The notes under the pieces: model-generated
What the model was told of the DNA's origin: nothing
Databases searched by the model: none
Seen by the model: the letters and a program-made list of their open reading frames with translations, nothing else
Shown here: one piece after another, positions 1 through 15,313 of the stretch
Layout: each line of letters opens with the position of its first letter
Position numbering within the stretch: position 1 is the first letter of the stretch
Made by a program: the position numbers and the translations under genes
Assembly (NCBI RefSeq): GCF_009914755.1
Contig: NC_060945.1
Direction: 5' to 3' (one strand)
DNA: 64,000 bases
From: the human T2T-CHM13v2.0 reference genome, Homo sapiens

Positions 1-224
1 ACAAACTGAAGCTTGAACGCCCCATAGTTCAACAGAATTAATGGTAGATTCCTTTCAACTTTGCTCTCTTTTTCCATATTACAGTCACCTTCACTAGCAG
101 GTTGCAAATAGTCATGCAATAATGTCTATTTTATTTCATTTCAAAGAGCTCTGTTTAATGCATTTGTTGTACTTTTGAATATGACTAAATCCCAATTCAT
201 TCTTCCACAGGCAGGAGATGTGAA

Positions 225-460
225 GGCAGATTGTCTGAATATCAAGATGCTGTCCTAAATTATATGAGGTATAGATGCATAGTGGCATGCAAATTATTTT
301 ACATCTCTGTACTTTAGTTTCTTTCTTCATTGTTAAAATGAGAATATCTATACTTTAGGCCTCTGTGGGTGAAAGAAATTGAATATGTACAATATTTACA
401 ATATTACCTGGTACATAGTACACAGTAAATACGAAACACATCATAGTAATTATTATTATT
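225..460 (+). mobile_element. MIR SINE, degenerate
   Basis: Core-like 'tttacatctctgtactttagtttc...tgttaaaatgagaata' and 3' 'cctggtacatagta...taaat'; boundaries approximate. Confidence 0.6.
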
Positions 461-797
461 ATAAATACTATTTCAAGCTGTATCCAAATGGCTAGATGCG
501 CTTGCATTCTGCTCTTCAGATATATAATCAGTAAGACAATGATGAAAGTGGATGCAAGAACACCATGTATTCAGCAGACAGATTAGAGTTTAATCAAGAG
601 TGTTTCTTAAGTTCATCATATAAAACAAAATGAAAATCTGTGGATTCTACTGAAAATGAAAACTGAATATTAAAATTATCTCTAAACTGAGTTTAAAATG
701 TTAACTTTGAAAATAGTGAGCTGAAAATGCTAAGAAATCATCATTAAAAACTAAGGGCTTTTTTGTTTCATTTATTCGAATTCTTTCTACCTGCATT

Positions 798-872
798 TGT
801 GAGTGTGTGTATGTGTGTGCACGTGTGTGTATGTGTATGTTGTGCATGTGTGTATATATGTGTGTGTATGTG
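798..872. repeat. Imperfect (TG)n/(TGTA)n microsatellite
   Basis: Seen directly. Confidence 0.9.
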
Positions 873-1350
873 CAGTTGGAGCCAAGACAGGCAGATGTAT
901 ATAAGAATTCCTGCCTTTCAAATTATCTGAATATCCATGCTTTTTCAGGGACTATTAACATACATCAGAAAATAATTCCTCTAAATAAAATATCCCTAGC
1001 ATAAATACTCGGCCAGCGCACAGCTGTATAAGGGCCCTGACATATCAGAGGTGGAGGAAGTCTATAGCATCTTCAGCTCTAGCCCTATACTCTCTATTTT
1101 ATACAGAGAAGCAAGAGATCTGGAAAAGGGGCAGAACCTACTCAGATCCTGATCTCTAGACCCATGGTTCAGAACTATTTTAACTGTGCCATACAGCTTC
1201 AAATAATCCAAAACGAAAAATGTAACAGACAAGAGAGCAATGAAATGTGTTACCTGATCTTAACATATCAGGTAAAATATCTACTAAATGGAGTAGCATG
1301 AAGATAGGTTACAAAGAGAGGAATGGAAACAGGATGCAAAAATAGATTGA

Positions 1351-1409
1351 ATGGTTTGGCTCTGTGTCCCCACCCAAATCTCATCTCAAATTGTAATCTC
1401 CACGTGTCA
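1351..1409 (+). mobile_element. Isolated 5' fragment (~60 bp) of a THE1/MST (MaLR) LTR
   Basis: 'atggtttggctctgtgtccccacccaaatctcatctcaaattgtaatctccacgtgtca' matches the LTR starts at 36733 and 50899. Confidence 0.75.
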
Positions 1410-4400
1410 TTTATCCTTATGGTTGGTTATTGATTGAACTTTATCTCTGTGATCTTATTATGAACGATTTTGCTCTCTCTGGATGGCAGTAGTCTTAAAT
1501 AGACATATATTTTATGAAAAAAATGTTATTTTTTAACCTACTCCTTCATAAAGAAGTGGAGAAAATGCCACTATTTATAGGAAGATAAAGTAAGTGGACA
1601 TTTTATGAAGGCATACGTTTAAATTAGATGAACACATAAATCTGTTGCTGAAATTACCTGCAAATATACAGAAAATACTCCAGCTCAAGACAATACAACA
1701 CAAATCAGGTAGAAAATTACTTGCCTATAAATCTTAATCTACTGCAATTTTATTTTCCCTCATCTATTTGCCATGTGGCGCTCCTGAATTTTAGGTGCTA
1801 GGTCTATTACTTGGAAATAGGCTTGTCCTAATAAAACTGACGTTTCTAAAGGGCTGTTTTCATAGAATCATGCCCCCATTTCTGAGATCCCTAATTCAAC
1901 ACCTTTGACAGTCTCAATTCTTTGCAGGGTACAATACCAGGAACAAAGGGGAAAATACAAATAAAAGCGAAGAAGAAATGGGAGCAGGGATAAGCTCTTC
2001 AAGTTGTTTTAGTCCTCATAATTCAAAAAGTTATAAAGTTCTCTTACACCGAAACTAAATGTCTCAATTTTAACTCTACTTTTGGTCTTCTATCACTGAC
2101 AGGCAAACTCAGGCAGTCTTTTTTTTTTTTTTTAAGCAAAGCAAATTTTATTACACATAAAATTAATATATCAATATACAATAAGTTACACTGTTTTATC
2201 TTACTGTACATTAATTCAGGAGGCAATTTTTACTTTTTCTTTAATCCCACTTCTTAATCCCAGCAAAACTTTCTCAGGCAGTCTTTTAAATGATTTTTGG
2301 ATAAGTTCTCTCTACCTAAACTTTGATTAATTTTTTTAATTCAACCCCAGATTTTATCTCCAGTAATTGATTGATTATATGTTACACGCACTCAGTTTTC
2401 ATGGAAGTAGTGAAAATCCACCGGTGTTTTTAAGTTAAAGTTTTCATGTAAGAGCATAACATCGAATACCAATGAGCAATCTGAAAGCAGGATGGGATTT
2501 CTTATTCAACTCTTATGAAATTCACACTAGCCAATGAATTCTGTTCCATTTAATCACATCATTTCAATATTTCCTGTGGAAGGCAGCATTTCAGTCGAGC
2601 CAAATCGGGAGACTTCATCTTCATGAAGTACTTCATCTTTGAAAGAGGCTGCTTGTAGTCATGATTTTTCAAGCCTTTTAGGCATCTTTAAGCAGTATAC
2701 TTCAAGATCCCCAGGAACATGTGATATTAAAATAATTTTGTATATTAACATTTGAAACCAGTCAGAAAAAATAGCTTTGCTTTTTATTTAATTATAGATG
2801 CCACAAGCTAACATTTACTTTCATTATTATAGGAGAAATATGAATTGCTATGTAGAAAATGTCAATCGTGCAAAATATGGTATATCAGGCTTTATAAATA
2901 AATATTTCATAAACTAGTTTATGTAATATCAGGAATATTTAAAAACAAGGTTTTGTTTCAAATAAAATTGCATGTCACTGGGTTAAGCACAAGTAGTTTT
3001 CTTTAGTATAAGACTTACTTTCTTTAAAACACAGAAATGCTCCCTAAGTATTCACTAAGAAATACATTATGTGGTATAGCCCAAACTTATTTGACTATGG
3101 GACCTATATTTCTTGGAGCATCTTTCCAGAAGTGAATTCCAAGAAAAAAGATTTTAAAGCATAGTATGAATAAAAGCAGTAATAGCATACTTCATTAACT
3201 TTAATACTTGTAGATGTTTTATTTCCTGTCTTTCCTTCTCAAATAGGAGTACATCTTTTAGAAAAAAATGGGTAATTTGAAATATGTCTTTGTACATTAT
3301 CACAAAACATAATACCTGAAGATGGCAATTGTTAGTAGTAAAGCCTTTGTTTTTTCTGTTTTGTTTTTTCAGTTTAGCAGTGATATACTGAACTGATAGT
3401 AATGTTCAACTGCACACTAGTCATTTGCTTATAAATCCAAGATAGCTCTAAAATACTCACCAAAATATTTTCTGTTAACTGCTTGGTCAAAATTTTATCC
3501 TTGCAACTAATTTTTCTCCCACCTTCTTATTTGATAAAAAAAATTGCAATGTACTAGCAAGATTGGGTCAGTTAGAAAAATTCAAATATCTCTGTTACAT
3601 GGTTAAATTTTTTTTAAAGTCAGGCTACTTAATAATTTTCATCTCATAGGTATTTCTTTACCAGCCTGTCAATGTCATAAGAAAATAGTTATTTTCAGAC
3701 AATGAAAGTGTAAAGTGAGGAATTTTCACAAAAGTATTTATTAAAATGTGAGAAAGTATTCGAAGCTGTGAATAGGATATACCTTCAGGATGATTATTTT
3801 TGCAGGTCAAAATAAAATGGCAGTGGCAGATTTCTTGAAAAAGAAACAAATGCTGATGAGTTGAGGAAGTGAGAGGACAAACTAAAACCTACAATTTTTT
3901 TTAGAAATAGCTACTTTAAAGTTTTAAACGACTCACATAAAATGAATTCTATTAACCCATTTATATATGATATAATTTTGGAGTGCTTTATAAGTTCTCA
4001 CTGATTTTACCGCTGACACTAAGTAGTAAGCCTTTTTGTTGTTGTAGCTCCATCTTAGAATATCTCCATCCCAAGAATCTTTAAACAAATTGAATTTACA
4101 AAAGAAGTCAATTTTTGTTGTTGTTGAGGTGAAATCGTGTCATCAATATACATAGGTACCTTCTTTAATTTTTAGGAATGTTCATATATATGTAAGACAA
4201 CATTATTTCAGTTGGCTTAGAAAATAATTTTTTCTGGTGAATTTATATTTTTGTTATTTTGATCCTAAGTTTAAAAATATATTCAGATGACCAACAAATA
4301 CACCCAAATTGAAGATTTTAAAAATTGTTTTTCTTGTTTGTTTATGTGCTCATTAGTTTATGTTCTTTTAGAGGGACAGAAAAAAATGTTGTTCTTAACA

Positions 4401-5444
4401 CTTTCGAGATAATTAAAGGAGACAAAAAATATGTGGAATATTCATTTCAGCTATAGAACTAATACTGTTTTGGTTTTATATGAGCACTCACTGAGTCCTG
4501 TCCTCCAGACCTTAAAAATACCCTTGTGGTGTCAAACATTATAGAGGTTATAAACAGAAGTATTGATTTTTTAAATAATATTAAATCATTGAAAACTGAT
4601 GATAGAAAAATTGGAAGATTTTTGAGATTAAATAAACCAGGCTGCTAATATGTGGACCTGCTTCAAGCAAGCTTAGTAATTAATATTGCATCCTGTTCAA
4701 CTTTTTCAAGTTTCAGAATCAGAGGAGAACCAAATAATTTTCAACCGTTTTTATTGTTGCCGTTGTTTTGTTTTATTTAGTTTTGATTTTATTGGAGTAT
4801 AAATTGTTAACCCTACTTAGCAGTCTTCGGACTGGCTCAAATATTTTTCTCTCTTCTTTGGTTGTATATGCTCACTCTGCCTCCTTTGTTTATAGTTTTC
4901 ATATAATAGTTACATGTTCCTCTCCCCACTTAGGGCTACCAGAAATAATACAAATGAAGAGCCTCTCATCTCTTCAAAAATAGGAGATACAAAATCCCAT
5001 CAAGTTTCATATCTGTGTCTTCATATTAACCTCTTTGGTGGGTATAGACCATGGTTTGTTTGGCTTGTTATTTACACTAAATTCAAATGTAAAGCACAAC
5101 CTCATTCAAAACAGTAATGAAAGATGAAATAGATAGTACATAAATACCTGACTAATAAATATCAATAAATGAATGAATATATAGATGAAAGTTGTAGTAA
5201 GAAGCTTCCCAGAATATCTGATGGACTCTAAGCATCGTCTTCCCTTCTGCTTCACTTGCTACAAATGATTTGTGTTCCATCAGGGTACAATTTCCCAGGG
5301 AGCTTCTTAAATATGCAGACTCAAGGTCACACTATTTCTCTTCTACCCTAACTCCCTGCCTCCTCTGCCCCTGACACACACAAACAAAGATTTGAGAGGG
5401 TCTAGGAATTAGAACTTAATGCAGGTTGTTCATGAATTTTATAC

Positions 5445-5549
5445 CAAACACTCTAATCACTGGAGTCAGAATAGTCAAGAAAAAGATATATATTTGAATG
5501 TGGTTTGCCACTTATTTTAAATCAGTCTCATGAATAGAACAAAAAATAA
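5445..5549 (+). repeat. Dispersed direct repeat A, copy 1 (105 bp)
   Basis: Aligns to 9756-9860 with 7 substitutions and two 1-bp indels. Confidence 0.92.
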
Positions 5550-5699
5550 AATAAAAAAGTGTTTCCTTTTAAACACAAGCCATGGTTTTGAGTTAAATAA
5601 ATCTATTTTTCTCCCAAGAACATAAAGAACCATCTTGTCTCTATTTTGCTAATTGAAGGCCATGGATTTGAAGTCTCCTAATCACTTCTCAACTCTTCT

Positions 5700-6444
<745 letters not shown>

Positions 6445-6489
6445 AATTTTATATTTTCTTTAAATATGTCCCCCTATATCCCTTTCATT

Positions 6490-8274
6490 CTTTTTTTAAA
6501 AATTAATATTATGTTTTTATTATACTTTAAGTTCTGGGATACATGTGCAGAAAGTGCAGGTTTGTTACATAGGTATGCATGTGCCATGGTGGTTTGCCAC
6601 ACCCATCAACCCATCATCTAGCTTTTAAGCCCCACATGCATTAGGTATTTGTCCTAATGCTCTCCTTCCCCTTGTCCCTCACCCCTCAACAGATCCCGGT
6701 GTGTGATGTTCCCCTCCCTGTGTCCATGTGTTCTCATTGTTCAACTCCCACTTATGAGAGAGAACATGTGGTGTTTGGTTTTCTGTTCCTGTGTTAGTTT
6801 GCTGAGAATGATGGTTTGCAGCTTCATCCATGTCCCTGTAAAGGACATAATCTCATCCTTTTTATGGCTGCATAGTATTCCATGGTATACATGTGCCACA
6901 TTTTCTTTATCCAGTTTATCATTGATAAGCATTTGTGTTGGTTCCAAGTCTTTGCTATTGTGAATAGTGCTTCAATAAACATACATGTGCATGTGTCTTT
7001 ATAGTAGAATGATTTATATTCCTTTGTGTCTATACCCAGTAATGGGATTGCTGGGTCAAAAGGTATTTCCGGTTCTAGATCCTTGAGGAATAAACTTACT
7101 GTCTTCCACAATGGCTGAACTAATTTACACTCCCAACAGTGTAAAAGCATTCCTATTTCTCCACATCCTCTCCAACATCTGTTGTTTCCTGACTTTTTAA
7201 TGGTTGCCATTCTAACTGGCATGAGATGGTGTCTCATTGTGGTTTTGATTTGCATTTCTCAAATGACCAGTGATGATGAGCTTTTTTTTTATATATGTTT
7301 GTTGGCTGCATAAATGTCTTCTTTTGAGAACCATCTGTTCATATTCTTTGCCCACTTTTTGTTGGGGTTGTTTGTTTTTTCTTGTACATTTGTTTAAATT
7401 CCTTGTAGATTTCTGGATATTAGCCCTTCATCAGATGGATAGATTGCCAAAATTTTCTCCTATTCTGTAGGTTGCCTGTTCACTCTGATGATAGTTTCTT
7501 TTGCTGTGCAGATGCTCTTTACTTTAATTAGATCCCATTTGTCAATTTTGGCTTTTGTTGCAATTGCTTTTGCCATTTTTCATCAGGAAGTCTTTGCCCA
7601 TGGCTATGTCCTGAATGGTATTGCCTAGGTTTTCTTCTAGGGTTTTCATGGTCTTAGGTTTTACATTTAAATCTTTAATCCATCTTGAGTTAATTTTTGT
7701 ATAAGGTGTAAGGAAGGGGTCCAGTTTCAGTTTTCTGCATATGGCTAGCCAGATTTCCCAGTACCATTTATTAAATAGGGAACTCTTTCCCCATTGTTTA
7801 TTTTTGTCAGGTTTGTTGAAAATCAGATGTTTGTAAATGTGTGGTGTTATTTCTGAGGCCTCTGTTCTGTTCCATTGGTGTATATAACTGTTTTGGTACC
7901 AATGCCATGCTGTTTCAGTTACTGTAGCCTTGTGTTATAGTCTGAAGTTGGGTAGCATGATGTCTCCACCTTTTTCTTTTTGCTTAGGATTGTCGTGGCT
8001 ATACAGGCTCTTTTTTGGTTCCATATGAAATTTAAAGTAGTTTTTTCTAGTTTTGTGAAGAAAGTCATTAGTAGCTTGATGGGAGTAGCACTGAATCTAT
8101 AAATTACTTTGGGCAGTATGGCCATTTTCACAATATTGATTTTTCTATCCATGAGCATGGAATGTTTTTCCAGTTGTTTGTGTCCTCTCTTATTTACCAA
8201 TTGCTACAAAGAAAATAAAATACCTAGGGATACAACTTACAAAGGATGTGAAGGACCTCTTCAGGGAGGAGAAC
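6490..8274 (-). mobile_element. 5'-truncated L1PA7/8-like LINE-1 with short 5' inversion (~8193-8274 on +)
   Basis: 3'UTR plus ORF2 C-terminal remnants ([21 protein letters not shown]); TSD tatatccc(t/c)ttcatt at 6475-6489 and 8275-8289. Confidence 0.92.
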
Positions 8275-8648
8275 TATATCCCCTTCATTGTTTATGTGTA
8301 TTTTCTGGTCTATATATACTCATTTGAGGCCTTCTAATGACTTTCTCATATAGTGACTTAAACATATATACAGATAGAGAAATGTAGAATAACATGTACA
8401 TAAATATACATATATCAGTTCTCCACAGAGAAACCACTTGCCCTTGAGACAGGAATAGTAACAAATAGTTATTTGAATATGCAAACAGTTAGCACTAAAT
8501 TTATGTTTATTAGGGATTATTGTATTTATTTTTCATATACAGGGATCATAAAAATTGTTACTCAAGTGCATTTTGGTTTATTTCTTAAACGTTAAATATT
8601 TCTTAAATGTATGTGATGCAACAAAACATTAAGATATTGGTAATTGTG

Positions 8649-8681
8649 ATTGCTACTCAGCCTTTTGGCTAATATCAAGTG
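8649..8681 (+). pseudogene. 3'-truncated, tailless U2 snRNA pseudogene (U2 nt 1-33)
   Basis: attgctactcagccttttggctaatatcaagtg versus U2 ATCGCTTCTCGGCCTTTTGGCTAAGATCAAGTG (29/33); TSD aagatattggtaat(t/g)gt at 8631-8647 and 8682-8698; TT/AAGA endonuclease site. Confidence 0.9.
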
Positions 8682-9755
8682 AAGATATTGGTAATGGTTG
8701 AAACAGAGTGTTGAGTATGTGGGATCACTGTAATATTTTATATATTTTGCATATGTTTGAAGATAATCTTAATAAAATGCTTAAAATATTTTATCTAAAA
8801 GAAAGTACATGTAAAATGACACCGCTGGCGATTTTTTTACTGTCATGGTATAACAAAAAAGATGATGGCAGAAGACAATTCGGTTCACATTAAAATAAAA
8901 TTTTTGCAACGTGTAAGTGAGAAAAAACCTGGTAAAATTTTGAGAGGAATAAGACACTGGAGTATTTATACTGAAGATTGAATGAACAATTAAAATATTC
9001 TAAAGTAGATTTATGAAGAAAGTTAAATATATAGAGACCATGAAAACATTAAAAGTTAATGTTACAAAGCAACAAGATACTGTCAAATTAAATTATAGGA
9101 ATCCTTTCTAATCCACTAAGAGATAAATATTTGAAAATATTCACATGTATCTACAGTCACATAACCAAATTTAAATTAGCTTGCGTCTTCTACTTTCTCA
9201 TTTTGGCCCACTGGTCCATGGTTATTACACACCAGCAGCATTAATTTTGCAGGTAAAATCTCTTAAATTTTCTTTTCAACTTTACTTTCCATTTCCAGGC
9301 CTGTACCCACAGAGACACATGACACAACACTCCTAGTGCTATAGGAACAATGAATACTAAATAGCTGCTATAAATACAGGCATCATAACATCAAATTTAG
9401 TGCCACGTGATTTCAGTTGGTTTTCATATTCTTATGCAACTCACCTCTCTATATATGGCTTCCAGTTTTTAATAAATCCATTGCTATATTTTATGTTTGC
9501 AAAGGGTTATTACAGGTTACCTAACACAGTAGACTGGACTGGAAGGTTAATAACGGATTTGCTTTGCAAAATGTCACACAAATTGATGCAATCAGACAAG
9601 ACAGGCCATGGTCCAAAAGTAATTCATTTATAAAGGTACTAATACTCTAATCAATTCTAATCCAAAAATATCTGAAAATGACATTTGTCCTGTAATCTTG
9701 TGAACATTATGTAGAGTGGAAAAGCCAGCATGGAATGAACAGAGAATTTGTTTAG

Positions 9756-9860
9756 CAAACACTGTAATCACTGGAGTTGGAATAGTCAAAGAAAAAGATA
9801 TATATTTGAGTGTGGTTTACCACTTATTTAAATCAATCTCATGAATGGAACAAAAAATAA
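9756..9860 (+). repeat. Dispersed direct repeat A, copy 2 (105 bp)
   Basis: About 91% identical to 5445-5549. Confidence 0.92.
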
Positions 9861-12221
9861 CACATTTTATGATGAATTTCTTATCTTAGGTATAGGGTTA
9901 GCTCTTCCAATAGAGGCTGATTATTTGTGAAATGTTTACATTTCCTAGGGAGAAGAGATAGATTTTCCAATAATTTTATGAACTATTCTGTGTAGTTGGG
10001 TGAGGAAAATCCACCAACAATACATCTTATAGCTCACTGATATTCAAAATTTGTTTTCACTGGGTTTCTCTGTCTCTGCAAGGAATTAAGAAAACCTGCT
10101 GTAATTGCGTTAGACATAAAGGGCAGATGTAATTAGGTTCATGGTAACTTGCAGATCAAAATGACTCCAGTCATTATGGTTTGCAAACCAATCCCTCTTT
10201 TTTGTTAGTCAGTATTTCCTCAAGCTAGACATATTTTGTTCACTGGATCAGGAAAACACAGGTGTCAATAGTATCCAGAATGAGATACATAAAGGTACAA
10301 AGGTTTTGTTCACCAGATATTCTTACATAGGAATGAAAGGAACACTTCCCAAGGAAATGCATGTGGCAAGTCATCTGAAGTGCCTGCTCTAAAACTGTTC
10401 TAGAACACCTGGGGTAGGTAGCACATGCTCCACGAAAAGGCAACCACCTGACTGAGGGAGTTGGGAAATTTCTAATAGTGGCTCAAGTGTGAATCTTTGG
10501 GGAGAATAAATAATGTCTAGGTTATATTTGTGGGAAGAATTGTTTGTGACGTGCAAAGTGAAATTCCTGATCATAGATTCTTAGGGATAACTTACCATAT
10601 AAATCAACACTGCTCTATTTATTTGTGATTCCTTGCTGATGCAAAGGCTGGTGACTGCTCTACCCAGAATTTAAAAGATTGTATTTAAAGACAGAACTTA
10701 CTCTAGTGGGATATTGCTTTTTCCTCTAAGCCTGTAGTGAGACAAAAACATTATAAAACAGTTATCTAAGGAAAAAAGGACTTTGTAACATTGTTTGTGC
10801 ATTATAGACAAAAGTCATCATATATTCTTGAGTCTTATTTCTAAGAATAACTACTGAAGTATGTAGTGTCTGGATTCTTAGTTAGATGCAACAGGAATCA
10901 ATTGTATGTTATTCAAAAAGGAAAAAGTGTGCTGAAATAACCTGAGTATGTCACCTGTAGCTAGATGAGCCAGAGAGCTGGACATGAAGAAAATCCAGTG
11001 GAGAATTATGACAAAAAGTTTACTACAGAACTGGTAGATACAGGATAGATCTGCTGCTAACATTGAATGTTACACCCTCCAGCTTCCTCCCCAGTAGAAT
11101 TGGTCCTAGCCACTACTCATCAGGAAATACAGTTTGCTATAGTGACCGTTGATGCGAATGAGAAATCTTTATTTTCCAGTTTCTTTAAATCACTGAGTAC
11201 TGTTATAAAATCTATCAATACATCCGATGAATGAAGCCTAGCATCTGTGCAGGTTCCTTAGCTATAAGAAAGTCTGGAAAGGGAAAATTCTAATATTTTT
11301 TATTTCTAAAGTGGCAAAATTGCTTACTTCCCACTCCCCAAGTCTCAGAAGTTGGAAATTACCCAAATAAAAGATAAGATGTCAGAAGCTTCAGTGACAA
11401 ATATAATAAATGTGCTGAAGTCCATCTGTTTGACTATCCAATATTACATAAATACTTCTACATATACATATATGGAACTCTCATTTGAATAACAAGAAAT
11501 GTTTTTAACTCAAACATAGAACAACTAAAATTCTCATCCATCTGTTTAGGGATTATCCCAGGTTGCAGAATAACTGAGTGACATCAATTCTCATTTCAAT
11601 ATTCTCTAACCAATGGGTTGTATAAAAAAATGAATCTCTACAAAGACAGTGTCTACCTAGATGAAACAGTGAACAAAAAATATGGCAAAAGAGGAAATTG
11701 AATTAAAAAATGTATGCACAATAAAGTAGTTCATAAGGCAATATACAGAAATACATGAAGAAGGTAAAGATATTTTTCTGCACCTGACTGAAAGGCAGAC
11801 TTTAGCCAAAGTTTTTATTTCTCTGTTTCACTACTAGGATGACTATACACTCTGCATAGCTCAGAACAATTATTGTTTACACCTGTCATCCTGGTCGCCT
11901 TCTGACACATTTATTTCCAATTTAAAAAATAGTATTGTTATTAAATGTTATATAACCTGACAAAATAACTCGATAGCAATAAGCTTCAATGTGCTTATTT
12001 AATGAAACATTCAGAACATTAGTAGGTTATTGAGGTTCCATTGTATCCAACATGAGTTATGGTTTTGACCAGTGCTGTGTGGAACACTTTACTAACAGGA
12101 TGATAAATTTGAATTGTCTCCAGTAATAACTTCCCAGATGCAAAGTAACTAACACCAACCTTTCAAGAATAGCATGAAGGGCATAATTGATAAAATAAAT
12201 TATGCTTATAGTTAAAAACAA

Positions 12222-12255
<34 letters not shown>

Positions 12256-13529
12256 AGAAAATGAGACCTTTTTGGTACTTGGGTGGTCTGGGAGGTTTAT
12301 TTGATATTGCTGCCCCTGTCAGCCACGTGGTGCTCCAGCCTGCTGTATCATGGCTTAGTTACAAGCCACAAGTCTTCCCATAAGCAGGATCAGCAGGACA
12401 TATGGGAAATCTCCAATGTATGTATCAGCAGAGAAGAGTGTCTGCGCAGTGTTGCAGAACAACTTACAGAAAGTAATGTGAGTGATCTTGCTACAACGGA
12501 TTTATTATTTATTACAGAGTGGAAATCTGCAGGTATTTATTTTATCGTTATAGATACATTTTTATTTTGCAATGAAATAACTTGATAGCAAGATGCTTAA
12601 TGTCGTATTTAAGAAAACATTAAGTATTGATTTTTCTACTTCTCAGGACAACAAGAATAAACATAGGCCTTGCATACAATATTCACCAGTAGGCTATAGT
12701 CGTGTCATTTAAGCAAGTGACAGTAGGGAGACATAAATCTGCAGAAAAAGCATCAGCATCTACTTGAAAATCTGTAGTTAAGCATTAAAATCTGTGACCT
12801 CCCCAGCATCTAATATGCTTTTTGTCATACAGCACACGTGTGCTAAAACTTCTAAAATATAAGAAATATTCAGTACAAAGGAGCTAGAAAATAAGTAAAT
12901 AAATTCTGAATTAAAAAAAGGAACCATTCTAATAACTGAATATAAACATGTATGAATTATAAAACTTAATAATAAATGTTATCCAGACTTTTTCTGAATG
13001 AGATGAGAAATATAGATTATATTTTGGAAAACTTTTTAAAGAGAGAAAGAGAAATAGAAAAAGAGAGAGAGAGAGAATGGGAAAAAGAGAGCAAGAAAGG
13101 AATGGACAGGGAGGAAGGAAGGAAAAAGAACAATGCTACAATGACGGTGTCATTAATGAGAAAGAGGAATTACCTACAGATTAGGAAATTTAAAAAATTA
13201 TATTTCAACATATTTGAAGATACATAGCTGAGAATACTTACAAGTCTAGGAAGAATGAATTATTTTTAAGGGAAGACAATTTATCAAATGCGAACTTACA
13301 TATTTATATTTGCTTATATCTTACACACTTGATAATCTAACAAATTTAGTTCAAGATTCTATTAAAAACCTGAATAGTCCAAGAAACAACAAAAAAGAAG
13401 AAGAAAATAGAAAAGAAGGAAAAAGAAAGGAAATAAAATTTATACCCAAAAAGATAATTTGAAACAAATAGTTGCTAAAAATGCTTTTACATATTGTATT
13501 AGAAGAATAAGTTTTACCTAGTTTTCTAA

Positions 13530-13931
<402 letters not shown>

Positions 13932-15313
13932 TGCAAAGTTTTTCTTAAGCATATATAAACATTAATAAATATTGGTTAATGTGTTGGCTTCATTACGTTC
14001 AAAAGAAGCATTTACAAATAGTTAAATGATATTATGTTTTAAGCAGTGTCATCAGATGCTTAAAATAGGAAATCAGTTTTGTTAGTTAAAATAAAACAGC
14101 CAATTCATGGAATCACAGTAAATTTAGAAAGTTCATAAAGTCAACAGTACAACCTTTAATATTTCGTAAATGATACTGTAAGTCTAATACAATACTAAAA
14201 ATTGAATTGAATTGTTCCTGGATTTATAGTACAAAAACAAAATTTAGTGTTTGTAAAGATGAGATCATCTATACTGGATTAAGAATCAAATAATTCAAAT
14301 AATACACTTAATTATTTGAAACTGATTTTCTACAAAAATCACTCATTCATGGGTATGTATACACATGCTTACATACATGATGAAACTAAACAAATTACAG
14401 TATTTTTGTGATGAAGTTGATAATTTATTAAAAAAAGCCTTTAGCATCGCAATATAGACTCTTAGATTATGTTTGAGAATGTGAAGGATACTCTACATAT
14501 AATAATAATAAAAATATATTATATTATTGAACATACTTCTAGATAAATTCATTCTTATTTATCATTATTTTTAAACATTACTTGGAAATCTGTAAATGAA
14601 TTAGAAAATTCAATAGAATACCTCAAACATTGAGCTTTTGAAACTTATAGGAAATAAATACCAATTATTGAAAACAAAGATTGCAAACAAGGAGACACTG
14701 AAAAATTTCCCCTTATAAAAGCATGAGAGAATTTGGATAATTTATACAAAGGGAGCTCAAACTGTGTAAAAGATTTATTCTGAAGTCCTATAATTGGCTT
14801 TGTAATATATTTTCTTGTGAGAGGGTTTTTGTTTTGAAAGAGCCCTCATTTTTAATAGGACAAATTTATATTCTGTAACAGACTGAAATGAAATTGTGAA
14901 AGCCCTATGAGTTTGCAGCATCTAAATTAGGCATTACGTTCATATTTGCTGAAGAAAGTTTATCTGAAGAAAGGCAAAAAATAGCAACTATGAAAAATAT
15001 TTAGGTTGATATATCCATCCATTTCGATGCAAAAAGAAAGAAAGAATTGAAAATATCTTCCATTTAATAAACTTTGCCCTGCATTCACCACATCTCAGCG
15101 CCTGTAGAGTGAATATTTCTTGGTTGAAAATAATAAGATGTGGAAATAATTTGTCAACCATATACTGCAACTTTCCAGAATATGCCATTGGTTATTCTAT
15201 AAAAACATTAAAGTAAAAACATTGAAAAAACTTCTAGAAATAAAACCAGTAGCATATTATGAAAAAAAAATATATATATATATATAAATTAAAGCACACA
15301 ATAGAAACCATGA

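Noticed and set aside
2613-2640. Palindromic cluster (atgaagtacttcat, ttcatgaa)
   Set aside because: Short and explainable by local slippage or chance; no supporting context.
10900-12800. Possible ERVL/MaLR internal relic
   Set aside because: Only a vague resemblance; no motif could be read convincingly without an alignment.
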